DNA of 64,000 nucleotides, taken from an uncultured Lentisphaerales bacterium. GTDB lineage: Bacteria; Verrucomicrobiota; Kiritimatiellia; RFP12; CAZZCT01. This document shows positions 26,370 through 35,578 of this stretch, piece after piece; position 1 is the stretch's first letter, and each line of letters opens with the position of its first letter. The translations under genes and the position numbers were made by a program. The stretch is from assembly GCA_964652365.1 (NCBI GenBank), contig CAZZCT010000003.1:158-64157 (forward strand), written 5' to 3'. The notes beneath the pieces were generated by a model, which ran no database searches, was not told the origin of the DNA, and worked only from the letters and a program-made list of their open reading frames with translations.

Positions 26370-26861
26370 TCACCGTTTCGCCTTCAGACACTGTTCGGCG
26401 ATCGCAACCGCAAATGCAACCGGGTCGCGCGGCGTGACCAGAACCTTGCCGCGGCGAGTCTGGACCTGAAGAGTGTCGCGCCAACTGGCGCTGGTGACGT
26501 AGGCTCGGAAGACGCCAAGCGGTCTGTTCCAAAAAATCCCTACCCCGGCGAACACTCCGCCATTGCCGAGCAGCCGGATGGTGAATGGCAAGGGTTCGGT
26601 GAGCCGGGCGCAGGAGACGACAGGGCCAAAGCACCGCCTCCCGGCGTGGCGCAGCACCGTCAGGCACCCGTTGTCGACCTCGTACGCGGCAGGGGCCAAC
26701 AGGTAGCAGAGGAAGACGGTGATCCCCAAGGCGAAGCCGATCAACAGCAGGTTGCGGTCGAACAGTCCGCCGACGAGACAACCGGTCGCCACAACGAGCA
26801 TGCTCGCTGTCACGATCCGGATGGAGAGGCTGGTTCTTGCCGTGCGCACGATCATCTTCAT
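26370..26861 (-). CDS. Small membrane protein with two TM helices and a bacterial PH-like C-terminal domain
   Basis: The internal ATG at 26861 (MKMIVRTARTSLSIRIVTASMLVVATGCLVGGL) lies within track ORF 26370..27023. The two hydrophobic helices are followed by a beta-rich segment. The domain call is tentative. Confidence 0.55.
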   Translation of the reverse strand: MKMIVRTARTSLSIRIVTASMLVVATGCLVGGLFDRNLLLIGFALGITVFLCYLLAPAAYEVDNGCLTVLRHAGRRCFGPVVSCARLTEPLPFTIRLLGNGGVFAGVGIFWNRPLGVFRAYVTSASWRDTLQVQTRRGKVLVTPRDPVAFAVAIAEQCLKAKR

Positions 26862-27169
26862 TCCTTGGGGGAAAATCTGAGCCCCGTTTCCATGCCTTCC
26901 GGGCGTCACGCCGCATACGCCCCGTTCCGACGCCGAGTGTGTGCCACGCGCCGCCGCCAACAGCATGCCAGACCGGTGCGCCGGGCACAACCGCCAAAGC
27001 CATGACGAGATCGTGCGCGCCATTGGGTCGAGTCTGCGCTCTGCCGCGCTCTCCGGCCGGAATCGTCTGGCTTCAACCGTTCGGATGCACTAATGTTACG
27101 GCCGGGACTGACAATCCGGGGTGTCATGCGAATGTGCCGGTTCCAACGTCGGGACGGGATGATTGAACC

Positions 27170-29206
27170 ATGAAGGCTGTGGGGGCTCGCAGGCGTGAGA
27201 GGCGGCAACGACCGGCGGCGGCGACATCGGCCGCGTCCGGCGCCGCTGCCGTCACCCCCCGACGCGACCGACCGGCCCTTTCGCGGCGCCAGTGGCGGCG
27301 ACTGGGCGTGGCGGTGATGCTGCTGGCATCGCTGGCGGCCCGGGTACCCTGGCGCAATGCCGACCCGGGCAACGCCGGCCTGTGGACCTATGGCTACTTC
27401 GTGACCGACGAGGGCTACTTCACCTCCGGCGGCCGGCTCCAGGCCCTCACGGGGCATCCGCTTGATCCCGAGATGAACGAGCCGCCCACCTACGGTGCCG
27501 CACCGGCCATGCACTACCTGAGTGCCCTCGCCTACCGGATCCGCGGCGTCACCTACGATGCCTGCCGCTGGCCGTCCATGCTGGCGGGTGTCACCGGCTG
27601 GGCCAGTGCCTTCTGGCTGGCGTCGTCGGTCACACACCCGGCCGTGGCGCTGGCCGTGACGCTCGTGCTGTCCCTCAACCCGCTGAGTCTGACCTACGAA
27701 CGGGCCTCGAGTTCCGATGCGGTTGTCGCGGGCACCGTGCTGCTGGCGCTGTGCCTGGTCCGCGCGCGCCGAAGTTGGGCTTGGTTTCCGGCCGGACTGC
27801 TTTTGGCCCTGGCGCCGGCCGTGAAAGCCACGGGGATCGGGTTCCTGCCGCTGGCCGGACTGGTGGCGGTGGCACTACCGCACCGGCGCGGCCTGCGGCT
27901 GACCTCGCTGGCCGCGGGTTACCTGGCCGGCTGGGCCGCGCTGCGCGGGCTCAACGCCTGGGTCCTGCGCAGCCATCCGTCGCAGATGGCGCCTGGGCTG
28001 CTGCGTGCCAACTGCTCGATGGCCGCCGGGCAACTACCCCGTCCCAACTGGGACCAGATCGTCCATGCCCTGCCCGTCTTTCCACGCTATCCGGTGGACA
28101 CCAAGCTGGGAATCCTCGTGGCCTGGTGCCTGGCGCTGCCGGCCTGGGCGGCGGCGGCGCACCTCGTGCGCGGCTGGCGCCACGGCTGGAGCCGCCGCCT
28201 GGCCCTCTATGCCGGCGTGCTGGCCTTCGGGCTGGCGCTGGCCGTGCAGGTCGGACCGATGGAGCGCTATTTCCTGCCGCTTGCAATGCTCGCACCGTGG
28301 CTGCTCGTCAGTGCCCGCGCGTCGTGTTTCCGCTGCGACCGCGGCTCACCCGCCGTGCGGGCCCTGCTGCTGGCCGGGGTCGGCTTCATGGCGCTATCCT
28401 TCTTCTGGCTGGCTGCCGCCGACCCCCGGGGGCGCAATCCGGGCGAGTTCCTCTCGAACGAGTACAATCTGCCAACCGCCTGTGGGTGGCTGCTGATGTG
28501 GCCGACCCTGGCTGTGACCGGCACGCTGATGGCCATCGCGCTCGTGTTCTGCCGCCGTGGCTGGCGCGGTCCGGCGCTGGCCCTGCCTGCGGCCGTGGTG
28601 GGCGCCCACCTCATCGGCCATGCCTGGCCGATGGCGCGACTGGGTGGCGCGTACGGCACACCGGCGCACACGACCTTTCTGGTGCAGCAGATCCTCTTGC
28701 TGGTGACGCTCGGACTCTTCGTCGTTCCCGGCCGACACTGCCGTTGGCGCCCCTGGTACGGCGTGCTGGCGGCTTCGTTCGTGCTGGCAGCTCTGGGCGA
28801 CCGCCACTGGCGCACGGCCTATCCGGCCCTGCTGCACCGCACGACAGCCGTGAAACAGGCCGCCGTGGCGCTGGAGCAGTCCATCCCGCCGAACAGCATT
28901 GTACTGGGCAACCGGGCCTCGTCGCTGCTGCGGGGCTCGCGCCTGCGCGTGGGGTTCTGCACCCCCAACGACTCGGCGCAGGGCTTTGTGGACAAACTGC
29001 ACCGGGTCATCTCCGACCATCCCGGTCAGCCCGTCTTCCTGCTGATCGATGAGGATCACAGCTACCACTGGTCCTACATCCAGCAGAAGGGCAAAGAGAC
29101 GCTCGACACCCAGGTCGTGGGTGCCCTGCCCCTGCCAGCCGCAGGTGGCGAAGGCCAGCCCCTGCGCGTCTTCGTGGTGCGGATCACCGAAAAGAAGAAG
29201 GGCTGA
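27170..29206 (+). CDS. GT-C fold polytopic membrane glycosyltransferase (ArnT/PMT, GT39/83-like)
   Basis: 678 aa with at least 12 predicted TM helices. A DE motif sits in the first extracytoplasmic loop (GYFVTDEGYFTSGG), as in ArnT/PMT enzymes. The N-terminus is Arg-rich. Confidence 0.7.
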   Translation: MKAVGARRRERRQRPAAATSAASGAAAVTPRRDRPALSRRQWRRLGVAVMLLASLAARVPWRNADPGNAGLWTYGYFVTDEGYFTSGGRLQALTGHPLDPEMNEPPTYGAAPAMHYLSALAYRIRGVTYDACRWPSMLAGVTGWASAFWLASSVTHPAVALAVTLVLSLNPLSLTYERASSSDAVVAGTVLLALCLVRARRSWAWFPAGLLLALAPAVKATGIGFLPLAGLVAVALPHRRGLRLTSLAAGYLAGWAALRGLNAWVLRSHPSQMAPGLLRANCSMAAGQLPRPNWDQIVHALPVFPRYPVDTKLGILVAWCLALPAWAAAAHLVRGWRHGWSRRLALYAGVLAFGLALAVQVGPMERYFLPLAMLAPWLLVSARASCFRCDRGSPAVRALLLAGVGFMALSFFWLAAADPRGRNPGEFLSNEYNLPTACGWLLMWPTLAVTGTLMAIALVFCRRGWRGPALALPAAVVGAHLIGHAWPMARLGGAYGTPAHTTFLVQQILLLVTLGLFVVPGRHCRWRPWYGVLAASFVLAALGDRHWRTAYPALLHRTTAVKQAAVALEQSIPPNSIVLGNRASSLLRGSRLRVGFCTPNDSAQGFVDKLHRVISDHPGQPVFLLIDEDHSYHWSYIQQKGKETLDTQVVGALPLPAAGGEGQPLRVFVVRITEKKKG

Positions 29207-29215
29207 ACGCGGCGC

Positions 29216-30784
29216 ATGGCGACACAAACGGCAGTCATCATCGGAGCGGGTCCGGCCGGACTCACGGCCGCCCACGAACTCCTGAGCCGCACGGCGATCC
29301 GCCCGATCGTGCTGGAGCAGTCGGCTTGGTTCGGCGGCATCTCGCGAACCGAGTGTTACCGCGGCAACCGCATGGACATCGGCGGGCATCGATTCTTCTC
29401 CAAGTCCGACCGCATCATGCGCTGGTGGCTGGATAAGCTGCCGCTGCAAACTGAGGGCATTCCGGACGGACTGACTCTTCCGCCCGCCCTGGCGCAGCTG
29501 TCGCCACCGGCGGTCGGCCCGCGCGACCCCGCCACCTGCGATGAGCTGATGCTGATCCGCCGCCGCCGCAGCCGCATCTACTATGGCCGGGCCTTCTACG
29601 ACTATCCGATCACCCTGAGCCGCCAGACCCTGGCGAACCTCGGCCTGGCGCGCACGGCCCGCATTGGCCTGACCTACGCGGCGGCGCGGGCACACCCGAT
29701 CCACCCCGAGCGCAATCTCGAGGATTTCTTTGTCAACCGTTTCGGCCGCGAACTCTACCGCACCTTCTTCGAGTCCTACACGGAGAAGGTGTGGGGACGC
29801 CCCTGCACGCAGATCAGCGCCGAGTGGGGCGCGCAGCGGGTCAAGGGGCTTTCGGTCACCCAGGCGCTGCGCCACGCCGCCGGGCGCCTGCTGGCGCGCC
29901 GCCGCGACGCGGACCAGACCGAGACCTCGCTGATCGAGCAGTTCTACTATCCCAAGCTCGGGCCGGGACAGCTCTGGGAGCAGGTAGCGGCGGGTGTCCA
30001 GGCGGGTGGCGGCGAGGTGCGGCGCAACGTCGCCGTGACCGGGGTGCGCTTCGACGGCCGGCGCGTGACCGGCGTCGAGACGCGCGACACGCGCTCAGGT
30101 GCCGCGGGGTGGGTGCCGGCCGACCGGGTCTTCTCTTCCATGCCGGTACGGGACCTTGTCGCCGCCATGGGACCGGCCGTGCCGTCGGCAGTGCGCGACG
30201 TGGCGGGGGCGCTGGCCTACCGCGATTTCATCACGGTCGGGCTGCTCTACCGCCGTCTGGGCAAGCGCACCCCGCGGGGCGCCCCCCCGCTCAAACTGGA
30301 TGACAACTGGATCTATGTGCAGGAGCCGGACGTGCGGTTGGGCCGCATCCAGATCTTCAACAACTGGAGCCACTGGCTGGTGGCGGATCCCCAGACCGTC
30401 TGGCTGGGACTCGAGTACTTCTGCCAGGAGGGCGACCAGCTGTGGTCGCTGCCGGACGCCGAACTCGTTGGCCTGGCGCGCACGGAACTGGAACAGATCG
30501 GCCTGGCCGCGCCCGAGGACGCGCTGGACGGCACGGTGATCCGGGTACCGAAGGCCTACCCCGGCTACTTCGACGCCTATGCGAACTTCGGCGTCGTGCG
30601 CGACTGGTTACAGGGCATCGCCAACCTCCACCCCATCGGACGCAACGGCATGCATCGCTACAACAACCAGGACCACTCGATGCTGACCGCCATGGCCACC
30701 GTTGACCACCTCGTGGCCGGCACCGACCCGCATCGGGCCGTCTGGCAGATCAACGCCGAGCAGGCGTACCACGAGGAGAAGTGA
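29216..30784 (+). CDS. FAD/NAD(P)-dependent oxidoreductase of the amine-oxidase / UDP-galactopyranose-mutase-like superfamily
   Basis: N-terminal Rossmann motif [30 protein letters not shown] motif. The gene starts 10 nt after the GT-C gene. Confidence 0.75.
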   Translation: MATQTAVIIGAGPAGLTAAHELLSRTAIRPIVLEQSAWFGGISRTECYRGNRMDIGGHRFFSKSDRIMRWWLDKLPLQTEGIPDGLTLPPALAQLSPPAVGPRDPATCDELMLIRRRRSRIYYGRAFYDYPITLSRQTLANLGLARTARIGLTYAAARAHPIHPERNLEDFFVNRFGRELYRTFFESYTEKVWGRPCTQISAEWGAQRVKGLSVTQALRHAAGRLLARRRDADQTETSLIEQFYYPKLGPGQLWEQVAAGVQAGGGEVRRNVAVTGVRFDGRRVTGVETRDTRSGAAGWVPADRVFSSMPVRDLVAAMGPAVPSAVRDVAGALAYRDFITVGLLYRRLGKRTPRGAPPLKLDDNWIYVQEPDVRLGRIQIFNNWSHWLVADPQTVWLGLEYFCQEGDQLWSLPDAELVGLARTELEQIGLAAPEDALDGTVIRVPKAYPGYFDAYANFGVVRDWLQGIANLHPIGRNGMHRYNNQDHSMLTAMATVDHLVAGTDPHRAVWQINAEQAYHEEK

Positions 30785-30999
30785 TCGTCGTAAGCCGGCC
30801 CACAGTCGGTTCTTGCAGGCCTGGGCGGTTGTTCAACGGCCACCCAACCAAATCCGGACGCGCCATTCTGGGACCGCGAACCGTGCTCCGGATTGCAGCG
30901 CGTCACCCGTAACTTGTCTGATGTCATCTGCCCGCCCATCTGCTATGCTTCTGGCATGCTATAGGCGCAGATGCCGCGCTGATGGCGGAGGAGTCTCGA

Positions 31000-32061
31000 A
31001 TGACCAAGCTGGGAAACCTGGATTTTCTGGCGGATGCGCGCGTACTGATCACAGGCGGCACGGGATCGCTTGGTCACAAGCTGACCGATATTCTGCTGAC
31101 CCACAGTCAGGCGCGTGTCATCATCATCTTCAGCCGTGACGAGTTCAAGCAGTATCAGATGCAGAGCGCCATCCCCGCGGAGCAGCAGGGACGGATGCGT
31201 TTCTTCCTTGGCGACGTGCGGGACGAACCACGATTGCGACGCGCGTTGGATGGGGTAACGTATGTCATCCATGCGGCGGCCTTGAAGCAAGTCCCGGCAG
31301 CCGAATACAACCCCTTCGAGTTCATCAAGACCAACGTCATGGGGGCCGAGAACGTCATCAACGCATCGATTGATGCTGGCGTGCGCCGGGTGGTGGCGCT
31401 GAGTACTGACAAGGCCGCCAACCCGATCAATCTCTACGGCGCCACGAAACTGTGTTCGGACAAGCTTTTCGTGGCGGGTAACAGCTACAGCGGAACGCGT
31501 CAGGCCCGGTTCTCCGTCGTGCGCTACGGTAACGTCGTGGGCAGTCGCGGCAGCGTGGTGCCATTCTTCTTGCGGCAGCGGCACAGCGGCTTCCTGCCAG
31601 TTACAGACCACCGCATGACGCGTTTCTGGATTACGCTCGATCAGGGCGCCGCGCTCGTTCTGAACGCTTTGCGCGACATGCACGGCGGTGAGATCTGGGT
31701 GCCGCGGATTCCCAGCATGCGAATCACCGATCTCGCGCACGCAATCGATCCGGCCTGTCGAACGCCTGAGATCGGAATCCGTCCGGGCGAGAAACTTCAC
31801 GAGGTGATGATTCCGCTGGATGACGGGCGTGCGGCAGTCGAGTTCCCGCGGCACTACGTCATCCTTCCGCAGCAACCGCTTCAGCAGGGAACCGCGCGCC
31901 TGGACGACTACCGGACGTTGGGGGGCAAGCCGTGCCCGGAGGCGTTTTACTACGGAAGCGACAACAACCCCGAATGGCTCCAGGCTGATGATCTGGCCCG
32001 CATGATTGCGGGTTTGGACTCACCCGAAGCACAAGCGTGGACCCGCGAACGATCCAAATGA
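31000..32061 (+). CDS. pseB: UDP-N-acetylglucosamine 4,6-dehydratase (inverting), PseB/FlaA1
   Basis: Motifs LITGGTGSLGHKL, FFLGDVRD, VIHAAALKQVPAAEYNPFEFIKTNVMGAENV and STDKAANPINLYGATKLCSDKLF. The ATG at 31000 is preceded by GGAGGAG (30987-30993) at 6-nt spacing. The alternative ATG is at 30982. Confidence 0.9.
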   Translation: MTKLGNLDFLADARVLITGGTGSLGHKLTDILLTHSQARVIIIFSRDEFKQYQMQSAIPAEQQGRMRFFLGDVRDEPRLRRALDGVTYVIHAAALKQVPAAEYNPFEFIKTNVMGAENVINASIDAGVRRVVALSTDKAANPINLYGATKLCSDKLFVAGNSYSGTRQARFSVVRYGNVVGSRGSVVPFFLRQRHSGFLPVTDHRMTRFWITLDQGAALVLNALRDMHGGEIWVPRIPSMRITDLAHAIDPACRTPEIGIRPGEKLHEVMIPLDDGRAAVEFPRHYVILPQQPLQQGTARLDDYRTLGGKPCPEAFYYGSDNNPEWLQADDLARMIAGLDSPEAQAWTRERSK

Positions 32062-32717
32062 AGACAGTACTTTCACACGAGCCTGATATGCCCAAAGCGA
32101 CATTCAGTACGGAGCAGGAGGAGTTCTGGGCCGGTACGTTCGGAACCGAGTACAGCCAACGCAACCGTGGCGAGCGGGCGGTTGCCGTGAATTGCGGCCT
32201 CTTTGCTAGCGTTTTGCGCTCGGCCGGCATGATTCGCACCGTCACCGAACTTGGGGCCAATATTGGCCTCAACTTACAGGCCCTTGGCCGCCTGCTCCCA
32301 GAAGCCCGCTTCACTGGCGTGGAGATCAACCCCGACGCGGCACGGGAGATGGCGCTCTGCCCCCGCACGACGGTCGTGGAGTGCTCGTTGTTCGAATATA
32401 CCCCGACGGCAACCGCGGACTTGGCGTTCACCAAGGGCGTTCTAATCCATCTGCACCCAGACCGCCTGGCGCAGGCATACGATCGATTGGACGCCGCCTC
32501 ACATCGACTGGTGCTGGTGTCCGAGTATTACAATCCTGTGCCGGTCGAAGTCCGCTATCGCGGCCACGAGAATCGGCTATTCAAACGCGACTTCGCTGGA
32601 GAGTTCATGGATCGTCATCCCCGGTATCGCCTATTGGACTACGGGTTCATATACCACCGTGACAGCACGTTCCCGCAAGATGACGTCACATGGTTCCTGA
32701 TGGAGAAGCCGTGCTAA
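32058..32717 (+). CDS. Pseudaminic-acid-biosynthesis-associated methylase (class I SAM methyltransferase)
   Basis: ATGA overlap with the pseB stop at 32058-32061. Motifs FWAGTFGTEYSQRN, ELGANIGLNLQAL and VLVSEYYNPVPVEVRYRGHENRLFKRDF match my recollection of the Pse-locus methylase family (TIGR03587). Confidence 0.75.
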   Translation: MKTVLSHEPDMPKATFSTEQEEFWAGTFGTEYSQRNRGERAVAVNCGLFASVLRSAGMIRTVTELGANIGLNLQALGRLLPEARFTGVEINPDAAREMALCPRTTVVECSLFEYTPTATADLAFTKGVLIHLHPDRLAQAYDRLDAASHRLVLVSEYYNPVPVEVRYRGHENRLFKRDFAGEFMDRHPRYRLLDYGFIYHRDSTFPQDDVTWFLMEKPC

Positions 32718-32757
32718 CGCGATGGATCGGGATTCCAGGTGATGAAGGAGCTCTGCG

Positions 32758-33660
32758 ATGATCACGCCGCGCGAGTTGCAGGCGATGTACGAGCGAGGCG
32801 AGAACCTGAGCGCGGCGCTCCGTCAGTCAGGCGCGACGACGCGCAACACGGAAGACGTTATCGAGTGGTCGTATGACATTCAGGCTGGCAGTTATGTTCG
32901 AGCACTTCAACGGCCTGAGTTTGCGGCCCACAAGCACGACTATACGTGCGAGGTTGCGCGTCGCCTGCGCGCGCTCGGTCTGACGCATTCGGTTCTCGAA
33001 GCCGGTGTTGGTGAAGCCACGACTCTCGCCGGAGTCCTGACAGCTCTGTCCATGCCAGACCTTGCCGCATACGGGTTTGACATTTCGTGGTCCCGCGTGG
33101 CGTACGCTCAAGCGTTCCTGGCCACACAAGGCATCTCTGGAGTAACCCTTTGTACCGGAAGCCTGCATAGCATTCCGTTCGCAACCGATTCGATCGACAT
33201 CGTCTATACATCCCATTCCATTGAGCCGAACGGCGGTCAGGAGACGCCGATCCTACGTGAGCTTCACCGGGTGGCGCGGAGATATCTGGTGCTGCTTGAA
33301 CCGGGCTATGAGTTGGCGGATGATACGAGTCGGAGACGCATGGAGTCGCACGGCTATTGCCGCAACTTGAGAGCTTCCGCCGAATCGCTGGGTTACCGGG
33401 TTGTCGAGCACGAACGGTTTCCCTTCAGTGCCAACCCGGCCAATCCCACATCATGGACCCTCATCCGGAAGGATGGTACGTCGCCTGTGGCACGCGAGGT
33501 GCTGGCCTGTCCCCGCTTCAAGACACCCCTGCAGAAGCTCGGCGATGTCTACTACAGCCACGATTCACTCACTGCATATCCCATCGTCATGGGCGTTCCC
33601 TGTCTGCGCGTGGAAAGCGGCATCGTAGCCAGTCACTATCCTGCCTTCTGGGCCAAATGA
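32758..33660 (+). CDS. Class I SAM-dependent methyltransferase with a C-terminal Trm112-like zinc-ribbon-type tail
   Basis: GAAGGAG lies 7 nt upstream of the ATG. SAM motif I: VLEAGVGEATTL. C-terminus LACPRFKTPL...YPIVMGVPCL resembles the Trm112/DUF343 motif. Confidence 0.75.
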   Translation: MITPRELQAMYERGENLSAALRQSGATTRNTEDVIEWSYDIQAGSYVRALQRPEFAAHKHDYTCEVARRLRALGLTHSVLEAGVGEATTLAGVLTALSMPDLAAYGFDISWSRVAYAQAFLATQGISGVTLCTGSLHSIPFATDSIDIVYTSHSIEPNGGQETPILRELHRVARRYLVLLEPGYELADDTSRRRMESHGYCRNLRASAESLGYRVVEHERFPFSANPANPTSWTLIRKDGTSPVAREVLACPRFKTPLQKLGDVYYSHDSLTAYPIVMGVPCLRVESGIVASHYPAFWAK

Positions 33661-34847
33661 ACACACCCCCCGTCATTCCTTACGGGCGGCAGAGCATCGA
33701 CGACGATGATGCGGCAGCAGTTCTCAAGGCCCTGCGTTCGGACTTTCTGACGACCGGCCCGGTGGTGCAGGAGTTCGAGCGAACCCTCGCCGAGGTTTGC
33801 GACGCGAAACACGCCGTCGCAGTCGCCAACGGCACCGCCGCGCTGCATGTGGCCATGCTAGCTGCCGGAATCGGGTCTGGCGCGCGAGTGATCACGTCGC
33901 CCAACACTTTCCTTGCCTCCGCCAATGCCGCCGAGTTCGTCGGAGCCACGGCGGACTTCGCGGACATCGATGACCAAACGTACAACCTGAACCCGACGGC
34001 ACTGGCCGCGACCTGGCGACCGGATACGCGGGCGGTCGTCGCGGTCGATTTCGCTGGCCAGACCTGTGACCTGCCGGCAATCGCTGCCTTGGCGCGCGAG
34101 CGGGGCGCCGTTGTGATTGAGGACGCCGCACACGCGCTGGGCAGCACATTCGCGCACGAAGGACAACGTTACCGGGTGGGCGGCCACCCGTGGGCCGACC
34201 TGACCACACTCAGCTTCCACCCGGTCAAGACGATCACGACCGGCGAGGGCGGCGCGATCCTGACGAACGACGACCACCTGGCGGCGCGCTGCCGAGAGTT
34301 CCGTTCGCACGGGATGGTGCGGCAACCGGACCAGCCGCACAGCCCGGCTGCAGATTGGGGCACCGGGCCGTGGTATTACGAAATGGCCGAACTGGGGTTC
34401 AACTACCGCATCACGGATATTCAGTGTGCACTCGGGCTGACGCAACTGGCCAGGCTGGACCGCTTCATCGCGCGACGAGCCGAGATCGTGGCGGCCTACA
34501 ATGCCACGTTCGCCCACCTGCCGCACGTGACGTTGCCCCGCGCCGCCCCTGGCGCTCAGCCAGCCTGGCACCTCTATGTTCTGCAGCTCGACTTTGACGG
34601 CCTGGGCACCTCGCGCACCGCCTGCATGGATGCCTTGCGCCGCCGGGGTATCGGCACGCAGGTGCACTACATCCCCGTGCATCTGCAACCCTATTATGTC
34701 CGCAAGTATGGATATACTGTCGGCAAGTGTCCCCTGGCGGAGGCTTACTACCGGCACTGCCTCAGCCTGCCGCTCTACCCGGCCATGAGCGACGCCGACG
34801 TGGCGCGAGTCATCAACGCCGTGACGGAGTTCGTACACGCACCATGA
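33657..34847 (+). CDS. pseC: UDP-4-amino-4,6-dideoxy-N-acetyl-beta-L-altrosamine transaminase (DegT/DnrJ/EryC1 family), PseC
   Basis: ATGA overlap at 33657-33660. N-terminus: IPYGRQSIDDDDAAAVLKALRSDFLTTGPVVQEFE. SFHPVKTITTGEGGAI contains the PLP lysine. Confidence 0.88.
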   Translation: MNTPPVIPYGRQSIDDDDAAAVLKALRSDFLTTGPVVQEFERTLAEVCDAKHAVAVANGTAALHVAMLAAGIGSGARVITSPNTFLASANAAEFVGATADFADIDDQTYNLNPTALAATWRPDTRAVVAVDFAGQTCDLPAIAALARERGAVVIEDAAHALGSTFAHEGQRYRVGGHPWADLTTLSFHPVKTITTGEGGAILTNDDHLAARCREFRSHGMVRQPDQPHSPAADWGTGPWYYEMAELGFNYRITDIQCALGLTQLARLDRFIARRAEIVAAYNATFAHLPHVTLPRAAPGAQPAWHLYVLQLDFDGLGTSRTACMDALRRRGIGTQVHYIPVHLQPYYVRKYGYTVGKCPLAEAYYRHCLSLPLYPAMSDADVARVINAVTEFVHAP

Positions 34848-35563
34848 CGATCGCGATCATCCCGGCACGCGGCGGCAGCAAACGCATTCCACGCAAGAAC
34901 GTGCGACTCTTTGCCGGTCGCCCGATGATTGCCCATGCCATCACCACGGCCCGCGCCGCCGGCATCTTCGACCGCATCGCCGTCTCGACCGACGACGACG
35001 AGATCCGCCAGGTCGCCCTCGCCCACGGGGCCGAGGTCCCCTTCGTGCGCCCGCGTGAGTTGGCAAACGATCATGCGACCACCGACGCCGTACTCGTCCA
35101 CGCCTTGCGCTGGTTCGAGTCACACGGCGGTCTGCCGCGTTACGCCTGCTGCATCTACGCCACCGCGCCCCTGCTGCTGCCCGAAGACTTACGCAACGGT
35201 CTCGAACTGCTGCAACGCGCCGACGCCGCCACGGCTCTTGCCGTCACCACCTTCAGTTACCCCATCCTCCGCGCCCTGCGTCTGGACCCCGGCGGACGCC
35301 TGCGCATGCTCTGGCCTGAGCACCGTCTGACGCGTTCGCAGGATCTGCCAGCCGCGTACCATGACGCCGGCGTCTTCTACTGGATGAACGTCGCCCGCTA
35401 CCTGCCCGAAGGGCACCTGTTCGGCGACAACGCCGTCCCGGTGATCCTTCCCGAACACCGCGTTCAGGACATCGACACCGAAGACGACTGGGCCTACGCC
35501 GAAGCGCGCTATCGTCTCCAGCGCGAACTGCCCACGACACCCTTCCAACCAACCCCGTCTTGA
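34844..35563 (+). CDS. pseF: Pseudaminic acid cytidylyltransferase (CMP-nonulosonate synthetase family), PseF
   Basis: ATGA overlap at 34844-34847. N-terminus: MTIAIIPARGGSKRIPRKNVRLFAGRPMI. Confidence 0.88.
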   Translation: MTIAIIPARGGSKRIPRKNVRLFAGRPMIAHAITTARAAGIFDRIAVSTDDDEIRQVALAHGAEVPFVRPRELANDHATTDAVLVHALRWFESHGGLPRYACCIYATAPLLLPEDLRNGLELLQRADAATALAVTTFSYPILRALRLDPGGRLRMLWPEHRLTRSQDLPAAYHDAGVFYWMNVARYLPEGHLFGDNAVPVILPEHRVQDIDTEDDWAYAEARYRLQRELPTTPFQPTPS

Positions 35564-35578
35564 GCGCATCGAGGCACC

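Noticed and set aside
27751-29052. 433-aa ORF on the + strand, in an alternative frame within the GT-C gene
   Set aside because: It shares the strand but is out of frame with the 678-aa ORF, which has coherent TM helices. The alternative frame is Arg/Pro/Gly/Ala-rich with no hydrophobic structure.
30952-30966. Sigma-54-like promoter element TGGCAT-N7-GC upstream of pseB
   Set aside because: The GG/GC spacing fits the -24/-12 consensus, but the -12 region reads AGGC rather than TTGC. No enhancer-binding protein gene is in view, and a single weak match in 64 kb is expected by chance. I kept it only as a note.
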